A stretch of 57,017 nt of DNA, counting the filler, from Sphacelaria rigidula (taxonomy: Eukaryota): assembly GCA_964200075.2 (NCBI GenBank). It is 6 parts of 6 records of this genome, joined end to end, with 100 filler letters (N's around TTAATTAATTAA, not from the genome) between each part and the next. Parts side by side here need not be neighbours in the genome. Positions count along the whole stretch, not along the records: positions 1 to 9,420 come from CAXNAA020008543.1; positions 9,521 to 18,940 come from CAXNAA020008544.1; 4 more parts are not named here. One strand, written 5' to 3'. Position 1 is the stretch's first letter. Each line of letters starts with the position of its first letter. Below are positions 1 to 11,470 of the stretch, in pieces. The notes beneath the pieces were generated by a model. The model worked only from the letters and a program-made list of their open reading frames with translations. It searched no databases and was not told the origin of the DNA. The translations under genes and the position numbers were made by a program.

Positions 1-175
1 GGCAGTGCCCGCGTCCGAACAGCTGTCGAGGGGCGATCTCTAAAGGTTGGCATACTGCACAGCAACACAGGTAGAAGTGACAAATGAGAATCTCGTGAAG
101 ATGGTGTCGCTAAATAAAGTAGCCAACAAGTCACAGTTTTGTATTCTTTTTCCGTGCTGGCATAATCTGTTCCAA

Positions 176-410
176 TTAAATTCGACCTCACGGTCGACGA
201 GGGAACCGGAGTGCTGAACCCCTCTGTCGATAAATTAAAAATAAAAATAAGGGAAGCGCTGCAGCAGGAAGGTGAATAACTAAAACAAATAAAAAATAGA
301 AAAACTCTTGTGTTGACCTTCCTCCTGTGTGACCCCGGCTCGTGCGCCCATATACCGGAAGGTGTAGACTGGCGTCCAGAACAGATGGGACGACAACACA
401 CACAGACACA
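176..410 (+). mobile_element. tRNA-derived SINE, 5'-truncated copy
   Basis: Shares body (GGTCGACGAGGGA..GCTGAACCCCTCT..GAAGGTG) and tail (GATGGGACGACAACACACAC) with copies at 4878, 9071 and 43518; tRNA-like head missing. Confidence 0.75.
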
Positions 411-1328
411 GCAAATACAGACGTTACTCAGCCAAGGCTCGACCTACCCCAACCACCTGACGTGCAGCCATGGCATACACAGCTTGTACGCAAGCCTAGC
501 ACAAGCCGGGAAAAGCCGTTCATGCACGTGCTGCACAGTACAGTACCTACTATCGTCATTATCCATCTGATCAGGGGGGTACCTACCCATCCAAAATAGG
601 GTATCCCCCCCCTGCCCCCCTCCCCACCGGTCGCCCAGAATGAGGTTTCCGGGATTTTGGGGCAGTAAATAACGTATTCCAATCTGTAAGGCCCCTTGAT
701 CCTGATTAGGTCACCACGCGAAAGTCGCCTTCCTCTACCCCATCCGGCTCGGCTCCGCCGGGAGCAGGACTGAAAGGCAGCACCCAATACAACATGGAAT
801 CGCGCACGTGGTGTACGCATTTTTTCACGCGCGCCAGTATGACAATATCCCTCCTAACCAACGTGCTGATCGATCCTGCTTAGCCACCACGCAATAGTCG
901 TCTTCTTGCACCCCCTCCTGCTCGGCTCCGCCGGGAGCAGGACTGGACTGCAACACCCCCAAGACAACACAGGATCGTACACGCGAGGCGTTATTTTGTT
1001 ATTTTTATTCGCGAGTTGCTTGTCATCGCAACTCACCAAAGGAAATATAGAGCAACATTTTCTTCACTCACATGATGCGCACCATTCCGACTCTTTTGAC
1101 GCACTTGCCCGATGTACTGCCCTGGGTCTGCGCTCCAGGGAGCGCAGGCCCACAGGGGAAGCTGCAATGGAGCGACTGCGGTTGTTGCTTTTTGTGGACG
1201 TCTAGAGCTTTTATTAGATGTACTTTCACTCATGAGTTCAGACTCGCAGTTAAACATTTAGGTCGCACAAGACTGTTACACAGCAGTACAGTATACTGTT
1301 CATACGGCATAAAAAGAAGTGCATCATC

Positions 1329-1331
1329 ATC

Positions 1332-1366
<35 letters not shown>
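1329..1366 (+). repeat. (CAA)n microsatellite
   Basis: Direct reading of the sequence. Confidence 0.95.
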
Positions 1367-1903
1367 AGCTTGACAAAAAGTGCGTCGATACTATGTCGGC
1401 TGAAATACGCAAAGAGAACCGAACAGAAAGGGAGGGAAAAATGGGAGAACACGGGGGAAAGGGAAAGGGGAGAGGAGAAAGCAGCCAAGTCATAGAGAAT
1501 GAAAGAAATCAAAGGAAACACGGCGAAAATTCCCAATCTTCATCTTCTCTTCCACCTCGAAGCTATGGGCCTGAATTTTAACGTGCGAAGTAGATATTGT
1601 TTCAAATAAAAATGGAACAAATGTTCTATTGTAATTCCAATCGTTTTCCAATAGTTTTCGCGTACAATACAGTGTTTAATCATGTTCTATTTTTGCCGTT
1701 ATACACTTTAAAATGATCAAGTCACACGCACCATAAGTTCCGGAGGAGACAGCCTACATCTGCACGCCCGGCAGGCCGGCAACACCTGCCGATATACATC
1801 GGAGATCAGCAGGAGGCGCAGATCGAGGGGTTGTTACGGTGTACTGTGACATCTGCTGTAACACGTGAACACAAATTGATTGGGTGCCGTTCATTATCAC
1901 ACG

Positions 1904-2041
1904 ATGTCGGAGTCGGTGGTGTTCGAGCTGAAGCTCCAGATCCAGCATCTGCAGGAGAAGGTTACGTTTTTGGCGGGCGGGTCTAATGGAGCGGAGCTTG
2001 CGGGGGCTTTGATGGAGCGAGATGAAGAGCTTGAGAGAACT
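1904..2041 (+). CDS. Coiled-coil protein, exon 1 (MSESVVFELKLQ...EELERT)
   Basis: ATG at 1904, 46 codons with heptad-like E/L/K/Q composition, then donor GTGAGT at 2042 (phase 0); joins in frame to 7874. Confidence 0.7.
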
Positions 2042-3669
2042 GTGAGTAATGGAAATGAGAGGTGTTGTGTGGCATTTGCCTCTTTGCCAGCCGTGCCTTT
2101 GCATTGTCCTGTATCAACGGTATGGGGGTTTAGGCTTGCTACATCTCTGTGGTGTGGTTTCAGTAGGAAACTGCAAAAACGCAACGGCCCAAACCGCAGT
2201 ACTCTTTGTTTATACTCTGTACGTCAATATGCTTCTGTTTGTAAGTCACTTCTCTGTACTCCTGTTAGCGAACTACAGTATATTTTTTTTATGTAGAGAC
2301 AACAAGTATATACATGTATATCGACTGTTGTGCTCTACCTTACCGTCTTACTGTTGCACCGTTACTCTTCGCGCCGTTACTCCCCACCGGAACTCATCCC
2401 GACTGTGTATACGATACTGTACAGACTGTTGTGATTACGCAGTCGCTTGTGCAATACACTGTGTACCCGACATTGCAGCCCTTGCCCAACCCGTGCGGCT
2501 TTTCCCCAAGCAAATGACGTGTGCCCGAACGTGCGGCGTGGTGGTTTTGTCGAGTACGTTTGAAACACGAAACATGATGAGAGTCTTGCCGTTACTCTAC
2601 TCAGTACTGTTGTAGCTATATCCTAGCTGCACGTGTGGGGGTTCGGAGATGGCTCTGGGTCAAAAATCTCGACAAGCATGTGTGCCTCGCGCTTATATTT
2701 CGATGTGTTCGTTTCGGTGGGTGTCTGACAGAGTAGTTTCCCGTGTGACTCGCAGCTCGTGGCCACATGAGCCATACCACCGTACCAGTAGCGGGCTGTG
2801 CCTAACGTGACGGTGTAAAGCACCCGCACACACAAACACACTTCCTGGAGTTTTCAGCCAGGGTTTGGCCGAGAAGCAAAGCCCCGCGCTTCCCCCCGCG
2901 ATGTCATCTATTTTTTTAAACCTCGACGTTATCGCTCCGATGATGCGCCCCCTCTACTCCATGACCTTGCAGCATAGCCGCCTTTGTTTTGTGGTGATAT
3001 CAGGGGCGAAGACTTCGTCACTTTAGTGTGATTGACTTCATCACCTGAACTGAGTTTCTGCCTTACAGAACCGTACAGCCCAAGAGATTGCATGAAGGGG
3101 CGCAACTGTGTAAATACTCACTTCTGAGGGTTCTACGCTCAACTCATGTTTGCAATGGCAAGACACCAATTTTCAAAAGGGCGTCATATTCGTATTGCCG
3201 ACCTGCTTCCACGTCGAACGTCTCTCTCCTCGACTTGCGAGATTCAGATATTTACAACCTACAACCAGGCCCGGGCAGATTGATTGACTGATCGATTGTC
3301 ACACTTCAACTGACCCCCCAGGGGTCCAGCCGTGGTCTCATGATGGGCCCGGGCAGAGGTGGGGGTGAAAAAAACGGCGGTCGCAGGCGATGACGAACTC
3401 TCTGTGGTACAGTACTGTACTGTGCTACTGTACCGTGTATCATGATCATGCCCGCCGCACATAGCGCGCCCCTAAAGTTTCCCACAAGACTGTCGTCACA
3501 TACGCCGTTTTCACTCATCAATGTTCCTGGATCGGTCTCAACATGGTCCTGAGAAATTCCACTTTTACCGCCAGTTCGGAGATGGTCAGACCAACTACGA
3601 GTATTACGGTGAAAGTATTGAGCCAATATTTCAGCTCATTTTTTCTAATATTGGGAATCCACAATCAGC

Positions 3670-4483
3670 CACAACGATGTCCAAGGGCGTGTCTTGGCAA
3701 AAAAAAAACGATCGAAATAGTGCGGTCGAAAGTGTTTTTTGCCGATTTCATAGGTCCACCGCATTTATGTTCCTAGAAGGCTTCAATTCAAAATTATAAT
3801 TAGTGGCGTGCGGAGAAGAAGTGTTCAAGGTGAAAAACAATCGTTTTCGATCGAAAACGTGCGGTCGAAAGGCACGAAGCGGCACTTGACTCTCATCGCA
3901 CAGATCACGCCAAATGACACCTGTTCACGGGACCATGCAAACTCCATCTAACTCATTCTCAGCTACCACCGCAACCCTGCAGCATGAAGCACGAGTTGAG
4001 GACAGGGATAGATACACTACAGTAGTCGGGTGTGCTTTGTTGATTTTTTGTGGACGAAAACTTGCGCATCTCCTCTCATGGTATGGATCAGCGACGGAAC
4101 TGCGAGGTACGGTGGGCAACCGAGTTCCGCGCACGCTCATAGACAGTGCAGGCAGTACAAAGCTGCACGTTGCTGGAGTCCTTTTCACGTCGCATTGTAA
4201 GCAGAGAAAACTGATAGTCCTGGGCTGTCTGCACTGCACGTTGCCCCTCCTGCACGAAACACGCACACACGCACTCAAGACACCCTGCTTGCAAGCATTG
4301 CAGACAGTACAGACTGTCTGTACTGTACACGAGTGACCGTGTACCGCTTTACGAATTTCACTTTTTTCGATCGAAAGATTGAAAATCAATCTGCGCCCAA
4401 CTACATCAAAACGAGAAAGTTCCGCTCAAATCGATTCCACCGCCCCATTTTTTCGGTCGGAAAAAAAGTGCGAAGATACGCCG
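3670..4483. mobile_element. Degenerate non-autonomous DNA transposon (PIF/Harbinger-like family)
   Basis: About 3680-4000 is the reverse-complement homologue of 28561-28880; rich in TTTTCGATCGAAAA motifs; ends in AAGATACGCCG-TAA resembling AAGACAGGCCC-TAA at 29411. Boundaries approximate. Confidence 0.55.
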
Positions 4484-4486
4484 TAA

Positions 4487-4659
4487 GGCCCTGTCTAGTT
4501 GAAACCAAAAAAAGAAGCGAGAAAAGGAACAGGCTTCCAAAAGCAGGATGTTGTTGAGTGGTCGCAACTATGGATCCGCCCGGTGATCAATGAACATGCT
4601 GCTTTTGGAAGCTTGTTCCTTTTCCCGCTTTTTTTTTCTTGTCTCGACAAGACACGGCC
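4487..4659. mobile_element. Tourist-like MITE (PIF/Harbinger), 173 bp
   Basis: About 60-bp imperfect TIRs (GGCCCTGTCTAG..CTTCCAAAAGCAG / CTGCTTTTGGAAG..CAAGACACGGCC) with TAA on both sides (4484-4486, 4660-4662). Confidence 0.85.
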
Positions 4660-4877
4660 TAACTGGGATATGCACACTGATGCTGGGGTGGACGCTGAAG
4701 AACGAAACAAACACGATTTCCATGTCCGAAAAGAAAGGGTGCAAATTGCAGGTACCGGTCGCAGAGTGGACTCTCCCACTGTTTTTTTATAGCGCATGTC
4801 AGTCGTGTTTGGACCAGGGCTATCCCTTGTATGGAGATAGTGGTAATCTGTAAATTTATCCGCGGTACGTGAATGTC

Positions 4878-5187
4878 GGTCGCTGTTAACCTCGAAACCT
4901 TCTGACGGTTGGGTCGTGGGTTCGAACCTCGAAGCTATTTTTTCTCACACAATTTCCAACAGTAGAGAGCAACTATGTCGTGGGTACACAAAATTCGATT
5001 CAATGGTCGACGAGGGACAGGGACTGCTGAACCCCTCTCGCGATAAAAAAGGCAAGCACCGCAGAAGGAAGGTGAAGAACTCGAACAAACAAAAAACAAA
5101 AAAACTCTCGTGTGACCTCGGCTGGTGCGCCCACATATACCGAAAGATGTAGACCGGCGCCAAAATAGATGAGACGACAAGACACAT
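4878..5187 (+). mobile_element. tRNA-derived SINE (A box deleted)
   Basis: B box GGTTCGAACC near 4919, shared body and GACGACAA..ACA tail. Confidence 0.8.
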
Positions 5188-5202
5188 CACGCACGTACCA
5201 AG

Positions 5203-5442
5203 GTACTGCGAGGATCCGCACCGTCACGTATTTATAGATCAGATTCATGAACCTGCTGCCGAGCCTTCTGCCTCGGGCGCCGGCGCCGGCGTTCACAACT
5301 ACGATGACGTAGCGGAATAGGCCAAATATGAACACGAATCGCCTGTCGACGAGGTCGCTTTCACGGCGAGAGACTCAAAAATACGAAACGCGTTTCATGA
5401 ATGTGATCCATAAATACCTCACGACGAGAATCCTCGCAGCAC
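5203..5442. mobile_element. MITE with about 50-bp TIRs
   Basis: GTACTGCGAGGAT..TATTTATAGATCAGATTCATGAA is an imperfect inverted repeat of TTCATGAATGTGATCCATAAATAC..ATCCTCGCAGCAC. Confidence 0.65.
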
Positions 5443-6058
5443 TACAGTACAACAGTATTTCGGTTGTGCAGCCGTTCCACAATTGTATTGCCTGCACTCG
5501 AACAACAGACTGACGGGCTGGCTACTCAGGTAGCCGATCCGCACGGATGCTAGTGTGTCTGCCTCCCAAGTTCTCGGCGCAATCATTGACAATCGCTTCG
5601 ATGTTCGGTATTACCGGCAAAGCTATTCCAAGCGTTGACCGGTTCAGGTTCTGTTTGGTAGTCATCACCTCAAACAGGTTATGACTCACATGTGAACTGA
5701 AGTTTATCCAATTTGGTAACAATAAATTCACCTTCTCCCACGGAACACACATTTCCTCGATAGGAAATACTTGAACATTTCGCCATGTGAAGAGGAACTA
5801 GGGACGTCCATGATGGGTCCTGATATTGCGAAAAGAAGAGAAATGAAGAGTTTTGATTCGTTTCGGCATATGTACGACAGCCCCCCCCCCCAAGAAGACA
5901 CAACGGCTGCACAGCCTTCACGTGACTTTTCCAACTTTGCATCGACACCTCTTTAAGGGCGTATTAGGTGGGGTTTGTACATCAATGGGGTACTTTGAAA
6001 AATCGAACTCCAAGAACTCAAAGCTTAGGTAAAGTATTGAGATCGTACTCAGGCAAAG

Positions 6059-6152
6059 CCTGTGACCACGGAAGGCGTCCGCATCAGATGCCCGGTACGA
6101 ATGTACCGCGCAGATACCGGAATGGTTTTTAATGTGAAGACAACAACAAGAA
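6059..6152 (+). repeat. Dispersed repeat fragment
   Basis: CCTGTGACCACGGAAGGCGTCC..ATCAGATGCCCGGTACGAATGTACCGCGCAGATA matches 31298-31390 on another contig. Confidence 0.7.
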
Positions 6153-7146
6153 CTCAAAAATGACCAGATATTGGGTAGAGAATTGCGATCGGACCATCGC
6201 AACTCAAGATTCGGTGGAGTAAATACCCGGGTATTTACCCTACCCAATACACTCTTGCAACCCTTTGTTTAACGCTAATTCTGTTCAGACCGGAACACAG
6301 CAGGAGTACAGAAGCTCAGGCCATCTCCAGCGCAGATCAAACCGTGTTCGTAGGGTTCAAACGCACCACAGTATGGCGATAAGCACAGCATGGAAATTTT
6401 GGGTCTGGGCACGAGGCGCCTTGTTCGTTGTGATACTGTAGATACATCACGCAACAAACACATCATGACAGTTTCAATAATGAAAGGACAGCGCTACTAC
6501 ATAATTCATAGCGGAGCACAACGAGAGGTACCGCTCGCTGCAGGTGTGATGTTTTGGTGTGGGTGGGATGGTCAGGTGGGTACAGTGCCCAAGATTTTGA
6601 GGGGGGGAAATGTCATACTTGTCAATGATTTCCTGTTCCACGATGAACGTGATGATGTTTGCGGCGTCCGACGGCCCTGAAGAACCGGACAAGCTAGGTG
6701 AAGATATCCCATGGTAACGGTTGGTCTCACGTGAGGTTTTCCTTCTTGCCGTCCGGTTCAAAAAGTGGCGGTATCAGATTTGCACCCAGTGCAGGGATGG
6801 TCACGTCAGGTTTTCATCATAGTCGATTTGAGAGCCAACCTGCGTCACCCATTTCCCTTCATCGCCACCCCAGACACAATTTCGTACTCTCGGTAGCTCC
6901 AGTATGTCTGAGAAAAAGGGGCCCACTAGAGTAGCGGAGCAAGCGAGAATGAGGTAGGTGGTCATGGATGGAGACAACTCAACAAGTTGTTTCTCTTGAC
7001 TTTTTCCAGCGTTGACATGCAAGTCTGCCGACTGTCGGAAGGTGACAACTCACAACTCGTGCACGGCGGTACTTTCACGATATGACCGTGTTTAAGGGGG
7101 TTCATCCGCGGACACCGGAAGACTGTTGATACATTTTCGAAAATTG

Positions 7147-7630
7147 TTACGACCACGCCCCAAGTCCAGCCTCCGTCTTTCCTCCGACCATTATTGCACG
7201 CGTGGCGTTGTTGGGACGGCGTTCGTTGCCCATGCGCACGACGTGGCCGGCGTGTAGTATAATTCGCCTCATCAAGATGGTCTCGATGCACCCGCAGCCA
7301 GTCCTTTCCAGGACCTCGCGGTATGAAAGCAAGTGGTGGTCGGGAGCGCTGAGGGTTGAGGTATGCTTGTTGAGGCACCTCAGCAGAACCGCGCGGTAGG
7401 CATCCCGCAACGCACTGAATTTATCGGGCGCGATCCTCCACGTCATGCAGCCGTACAAAACAACCCCGATCACTTCTGCCTTCAGGATACGGACCTTGGT
7501 GGCCCGGGCGATGTACGGGTTGTCGTCTACCGCTCTGCTGTACTTGTAGAAGCAGTTCCAGGCCTGGCTAATGCGGTCGTGGACCTCAGGAAGGACATCG
7601 CCGATGCTGCTGGCTTTGCCGCAGAGATGG
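7147..7630 (-). mobile_element. RTE-like LINE fragment (post-RT/thumb region)
   Basis: Minus-strand translation GDVLPEVHDRISQAW..TKVRILKAEVIGVVLYGCMTW..AGHVVRMGNERRP carries the LYGCxxW and GHVxRM motifs typical of RTE-clade ORFs; lies in intron 1 of the coiled-coil gene. Confidence 0.85.
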
Positions 7631-7873
7631 ATGGCAGGCTAACTTTCTTGTACGTCTGCAAGAAGAAAAATTCGAACTATTAATATATCCTCTTTTTTCG
7701 TCGCTGTGGCTTTGTGTACTTTTGTACCCAAGCCTAAAGGATGTTAACTTCTTGTTTGGCGCAAGGCCGTACCTACTCTTCCCGAAAAACAGCTTCATTC
7801 GCCTCGGAAACACGACTTCCCCCCTCCCCTCCTGACGCATCGCTTTCCACGCCCTCTTTCACCGTCGGTGAAG

Positions 7874-8050
7874 AGACGTAAAGTGAAGGAGGTGGAGACC
7901 AAGCTGTTTCAGCTGGGGGAGGGCGCCAAGCGGGTCGACGCCAAGCGTCGGGAGTTGGCGCGGCAGTGTGAGCATCAGGGTATCAGAATGGAAGCAATGG
8001 AGACCGAGCTGAGACGACAGATTGAGCTGTCATCCGACCTCCGGAGTCAG
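7874..8050 (+). CDS. Coiled-coil protein, exon 2 (RRKVKEVETKLF...SDLRSQ)
   Basis: CTGAC branch-like motif and pyrimidine tract before an AAG acceptor; 59 codons; donor GTATGT at 8051; phase 0/0. Confidence 0.7.
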
Positions 8051-8157
8051 GTATGTGCAGTGTAGTGGCCGTGTTTCGGTCGTCAAAGTAATTTTGTTCT
8101 CCTCCACCATGCTTTTTGTTGGGTGTCGTACTGCAGCAGTAAGGAGTGTCGCGACCA

Positions 8158-8272
8158 GTGGCTGTTGTTGTTGTGGTGGTGGTTGTTACTGCTCCCCTTG
8201 TTGTTGCTGTTGTCGTTGCTGCTGTTGTTGCCGTCATCGCTGCTGCTGCTGCTACTACTGCTGCTGCTGCTC
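8158..8272 (+). repeat. Compound (GTT/GCT/GGT)n microsatellite in intron 2
   Basis: Direct reading of the sequence. Confidence 0.9.
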
Positions 8273-8378
8273 TTGATTTTTCTCGTGCTTGTTATCCTTT
8301 TCCTGTTGACGCTGCTGATGTGGGTTGTGATCTGCCGGTTGGATGGTTGGTCTGACTGCGCGTTCGACCAAAATCCAG

Positions 8379-8565
8379 ATATCGGAGACGAAGGAGGAGT
8401 TGAACGTGACAGAGTCGACGCTGGGTAAGACCAGAGCGGACATGGCCTCCGCCGAGGACGCGGCGCGGGAAACTCTGGCCGCCGCCCGCGATGAGACATC
8501 ACAGCTGCAGACGATTCTGGAGGGTCAGCGGCATAAGATTAAAGACCTCGAAGCAGCGAACACAG
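8379..8565 (+). CDS. Coiled-coil protein, exon 3 (ISETKEELNV...DLEAANT); gene likely continues off contig
   Basis: CTGAC at 8352, CAG acceptor at 8376-8378, phase-0 start compatible with exon 2, donor GTGGGT at 8566. Confidence 0.7.
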
Positions 8566-8608
8566 GTGGGTGTACCCATGATCATGCATGCCAACTGACA
8601 CAGGTGGG
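8560..8608 (-). mobile_element. 27-bp micro-insertion with 11-bp TSD (ACACAGGTGGG)
   Basis: Direct repeats at 8560-8570 and 8598-8608 flank TGTACCCATGATCATGCATGCCA.., homologous to 24342 and 28402. Confidence 0.7.
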
Positions 8609-9070
8609 GAGGAGTGTTGGCACGTTTGCCGGGCGGTGCAACGAGCAAGTTCGTTTCCTTTTTGCGGCGCTCGAGGTTGAAGGGACGCTCGTACAGAAGG
8701 TAACGAATCGGAGTCCCCGAACAAAACAAATCACACAGACGCCTCCGTTGGTATCCTCTGGGTGTGTGCCAAGACCGTGCAAAGCGACCGTAAATACAAC
8801 ATGGCTTTGCTTAGGGCGAAATGATCTTCGCGTAGCTACATTGTATGCAAGGTTTTTGCATTTGTTTAGTGTTTTGCCCTGTGTGCCGTCATTAGACACC
8901 CCTCAACCCCCCGCTCTTGACGAAGTACCCACCCCCCACCCCCCTTACAAGAAAATGGGTAGGTACGATTCCCGCGGGGCTATAACCAAGTACATGATGA
9001 CCCAAAAGACAAGCTAGCGCTCGAGGCGTGGATGAGCGCGATCATTTCGCTTGTCATGCTGTGGGACTTC

Positions 9071-9420
9071 GTGTTTGTGTGTGTGATGTCGTCCCATCTA
9101 CTCTGGACGCCGGTCTACACCTTTCGGTATATGTGGGCGCACCAGCCGGGGTCGCACAGGAGGCAGCCCAACACAGGAGTTTTTCCTTTTCTATTCGTTT
9201 TTAGTACTTCACCTTCCTTCTGTGGTGCTTGCCTTTGATTTTTTATCGCGAGAGGGGTTCAGCAGTCCCTTTCCCTCGTCGACCAATAAGTCGAGTTTTG
9301 TGTACACACGACATGGTCGCTCTCCACTGTTGGGCATTGTGTGAGAAAAAATACCAGATCGCTCCGAGATTTGAACCCACAACCCAACCATCAGAAGGTT
9401 TCGAGGTTACCAACTGAGAC
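9071..9420 (-). mobile_element. tRNA-derived SINE (head cut by contig end)
   Basis: Reverse complement reads CTCAGTTGGTAACCTCGAAACCTTCTGATGGTTGGGTTGTGGGTTCAAATCTCGG, then family body and (AC)n tail. Confidence 0.85.
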
Positions 9421-9520
9421 NNNNNNNNNNNNNNNNNNNNNNNNNNNNNNNNNNNNNNNNNNNNTTAATTAATTAANNNNNNNNNNNNNNNNNNNNNNNN
9501 NNNNNNNNNNNNNNNNNNNN
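9421..9520. other. Artificial contig spacer (N run with TTAATTAATTAA)
   Basis: Identical 100-bp spacer recurs at 18941, 28461, 37980 and 47499. Confidence 0.98.
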
Positions 9521-10894
9521 CATTCCATGCAAGTTGACTGCGCGACTACACACCTTGTCTTTGACAGTTGTTACAGACCCTACATATGGTTTTCAGACAC
9601 TCATTTCGCTGATGTGGTCGCTGAACCCCCTTGGGGGGGGGCAAAGCACGAGTTCCGTATTTTTTGCTGATTGTTGTCTCGCGTGCACACCCTTTGCCAC
9701 AAAACAACGCGGTCTCCCACCATAAGAACGCCGCATGATCAGAGAAGAAATGCACAAGCTTCTTGACCGAGATGTTGCTCACCCAACTTTCCCCGGCAAA
9801 GTTTGTCGACTACACGATTTTATGTTCAGTAAAATTCGCCAAATTCGCCAAATATATCTTTACTGCAGGGTCTCACAGGTTCCTGAGCCTGTTGATCGAT
9901 AATACCGGCATACAACCAGCCCCCTCCAAACGCATCGCAATTGCTCAGATGTCACGTCCATAAAGTCGAAAAACTACGTTCGTTTCTAGACCCATCGGGT
10001 ACCTTGGACAGTTTGTCCAGAAGCGTAGCATTCTAGTCGCCTCGCTGACCGATATTCTAAATAAATAGGAAAGCCAACAGTATTGCTATACGATGTAGGT
10101 AAACGCGCGCTCTCCTTTTGCTGCCAAACGCATGTGCCGTACAACTGCAGCAAGACTTCACTACTACAATCTGGCCGTCTCATAATAGTTCAGCTAGGAT
10201 ATGGCATGCGAACTAGAGACTCGCCCAACAACCATCAATGTACAACTCATGCGTGTGAGGTCATGTTGCTTGTCATTTCTGTGCTTTATCTCCGTGTATT
10301 TAGTACATCGTGTCTCATTATATTTTTATTCGTTATGCCTTGTTTATTTATTTATTTTTTCTCCATGATTATGTCTACAGTTGTACAGGGCTCTAGAACC
10401 TAGGGGGACGGCTGCTGAAATGGTTACAGAATTGTACAAATCTTGGCCTCAGAAAGAAAATGTTTCACGCATACACTTGGGCAATCGCACCCTACCCGAC
10501 GACCCGACGCCATGCTACCGTCTGATACGTTTCTCTTCGAGCTCTCTGGACTGACCGCAAACATTACACACGGACCACAGCTGTCTCAAAAATAATAATG
10601 CCCTTCCATATCCGCCTACCTCATCTGAAACACTCCATACCCGAAGTGTTTGCGTCCCACATTGGGGGGACCAAACTGGAACGCTACACCCACATTCCAT
10701 CTGACCCCTGAATTTGTCCCCGTGTTGGATTGCATTGCCTGTATCTGTCAACGTGTTGGATCGTCGGGAACTCTACGTTGTTTCAGGCACTGACGGGTGG
10801 GGAAAAGGAAAAGACTTCGAAGGGGGGGGGGGGGGGGGGCGGTTTGGTGGATGCAAGGACCTCGCCAAGATCCGATCTTCTGTGNNNNNNNNNN

Positions 10895-11220
10895 TAATTC
10901 CCCTGGTTGCTGTATTCTGCACTGTTCCGAATTCCTTCACCGAGGGGGGGGGGCGTACTCATTTGTTCGGAGCATCCAAGTAATTCCCCTAGCTGCTGTA
11001 ATCTGCACTGTTTCCAACTCCTTCACCGAAAGGGGGGGGCGTACTCATTTGTTTGGAGCATCCAAGTAATTCCCCTAGCTGCTGTCATCTGTACTGTTCC
11101 CAACTCCTTCACCAACTTCACTGCATCCAAGTATTCTTTTAGCTGCTGCCATTTGCACCGTTTCCGCATGAAAGTATTATTTTAGCTGCTGCCAGCCGCA
11201 CTGTTTCCAATTTCTTCAGC
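10895..11220 (-). repeat. Tandem array (two 86-bp units plus three shorter units) derived from LINE coding sequence
   Basis: Units start at 10895, 10981, 11067, about 11132 and about 11175; minus strand repeatedly encodes variants of KLETVQMAAAKRILGCS. Confidence 0.75.
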
Positions 11221-11470
11221 TTGCTTTGCCATGTCTACTGCTTGTATCAGGTCATCAAAGAATACCCCAAGTAGAGAGGGTGATAATGTACATCCTGGTG
11301 CGACTCCTTGCAAAATATCAAAATAGTTCGATATTTCCCTGTCTAGCATCATCGCACTTTTGGTACATTTCTGTCGTCTTCATCGTCCACACCTTTCCTT
11401 TGATCACAGTTCCTCATATACTTTTCCACAACCCATTGCTCCATACTGCGTCATGAGCCTTTTGCACCTG
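11221..11470 (-). mobile_element. Non-LTR retrotransposon RT fragment (degenerate)
   Basis: Translation VQKAHDAVWSNGLWKSI*..SAMMLDREISNYFDILQGVAPGCTLSPSLLGVFFDDLIQAV matches the LINE RT KAYD and QG-x-LSP motifs; contains a stop and a frameshift. Confidence 0.85.

Noticed and set aside
745..990. Duplicated GCTCGGCTCCGCCGGGAGCAGGACTG segment
   Set aside because: A real short duplication, but no termini, TSD or further copies to support a classification.
4878..4935. Functional tRNA gene (also at 9355-9420 and 43775-43852)
   Set aside because: Arms are imperfect, copies are diverged, and each is attached to the same SINE body.
8022..8502. ORFs with poly-C/L/S/T tracts (also 1072-1581)
   Set aside because: Translations of microsatellites in intronic or intergenic DNA.
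10895..11220. Repeat array as possible CRISPR
   Set aside because: No unique spacers, units encode LINE peptide, eukaryotic context and no cas genes.
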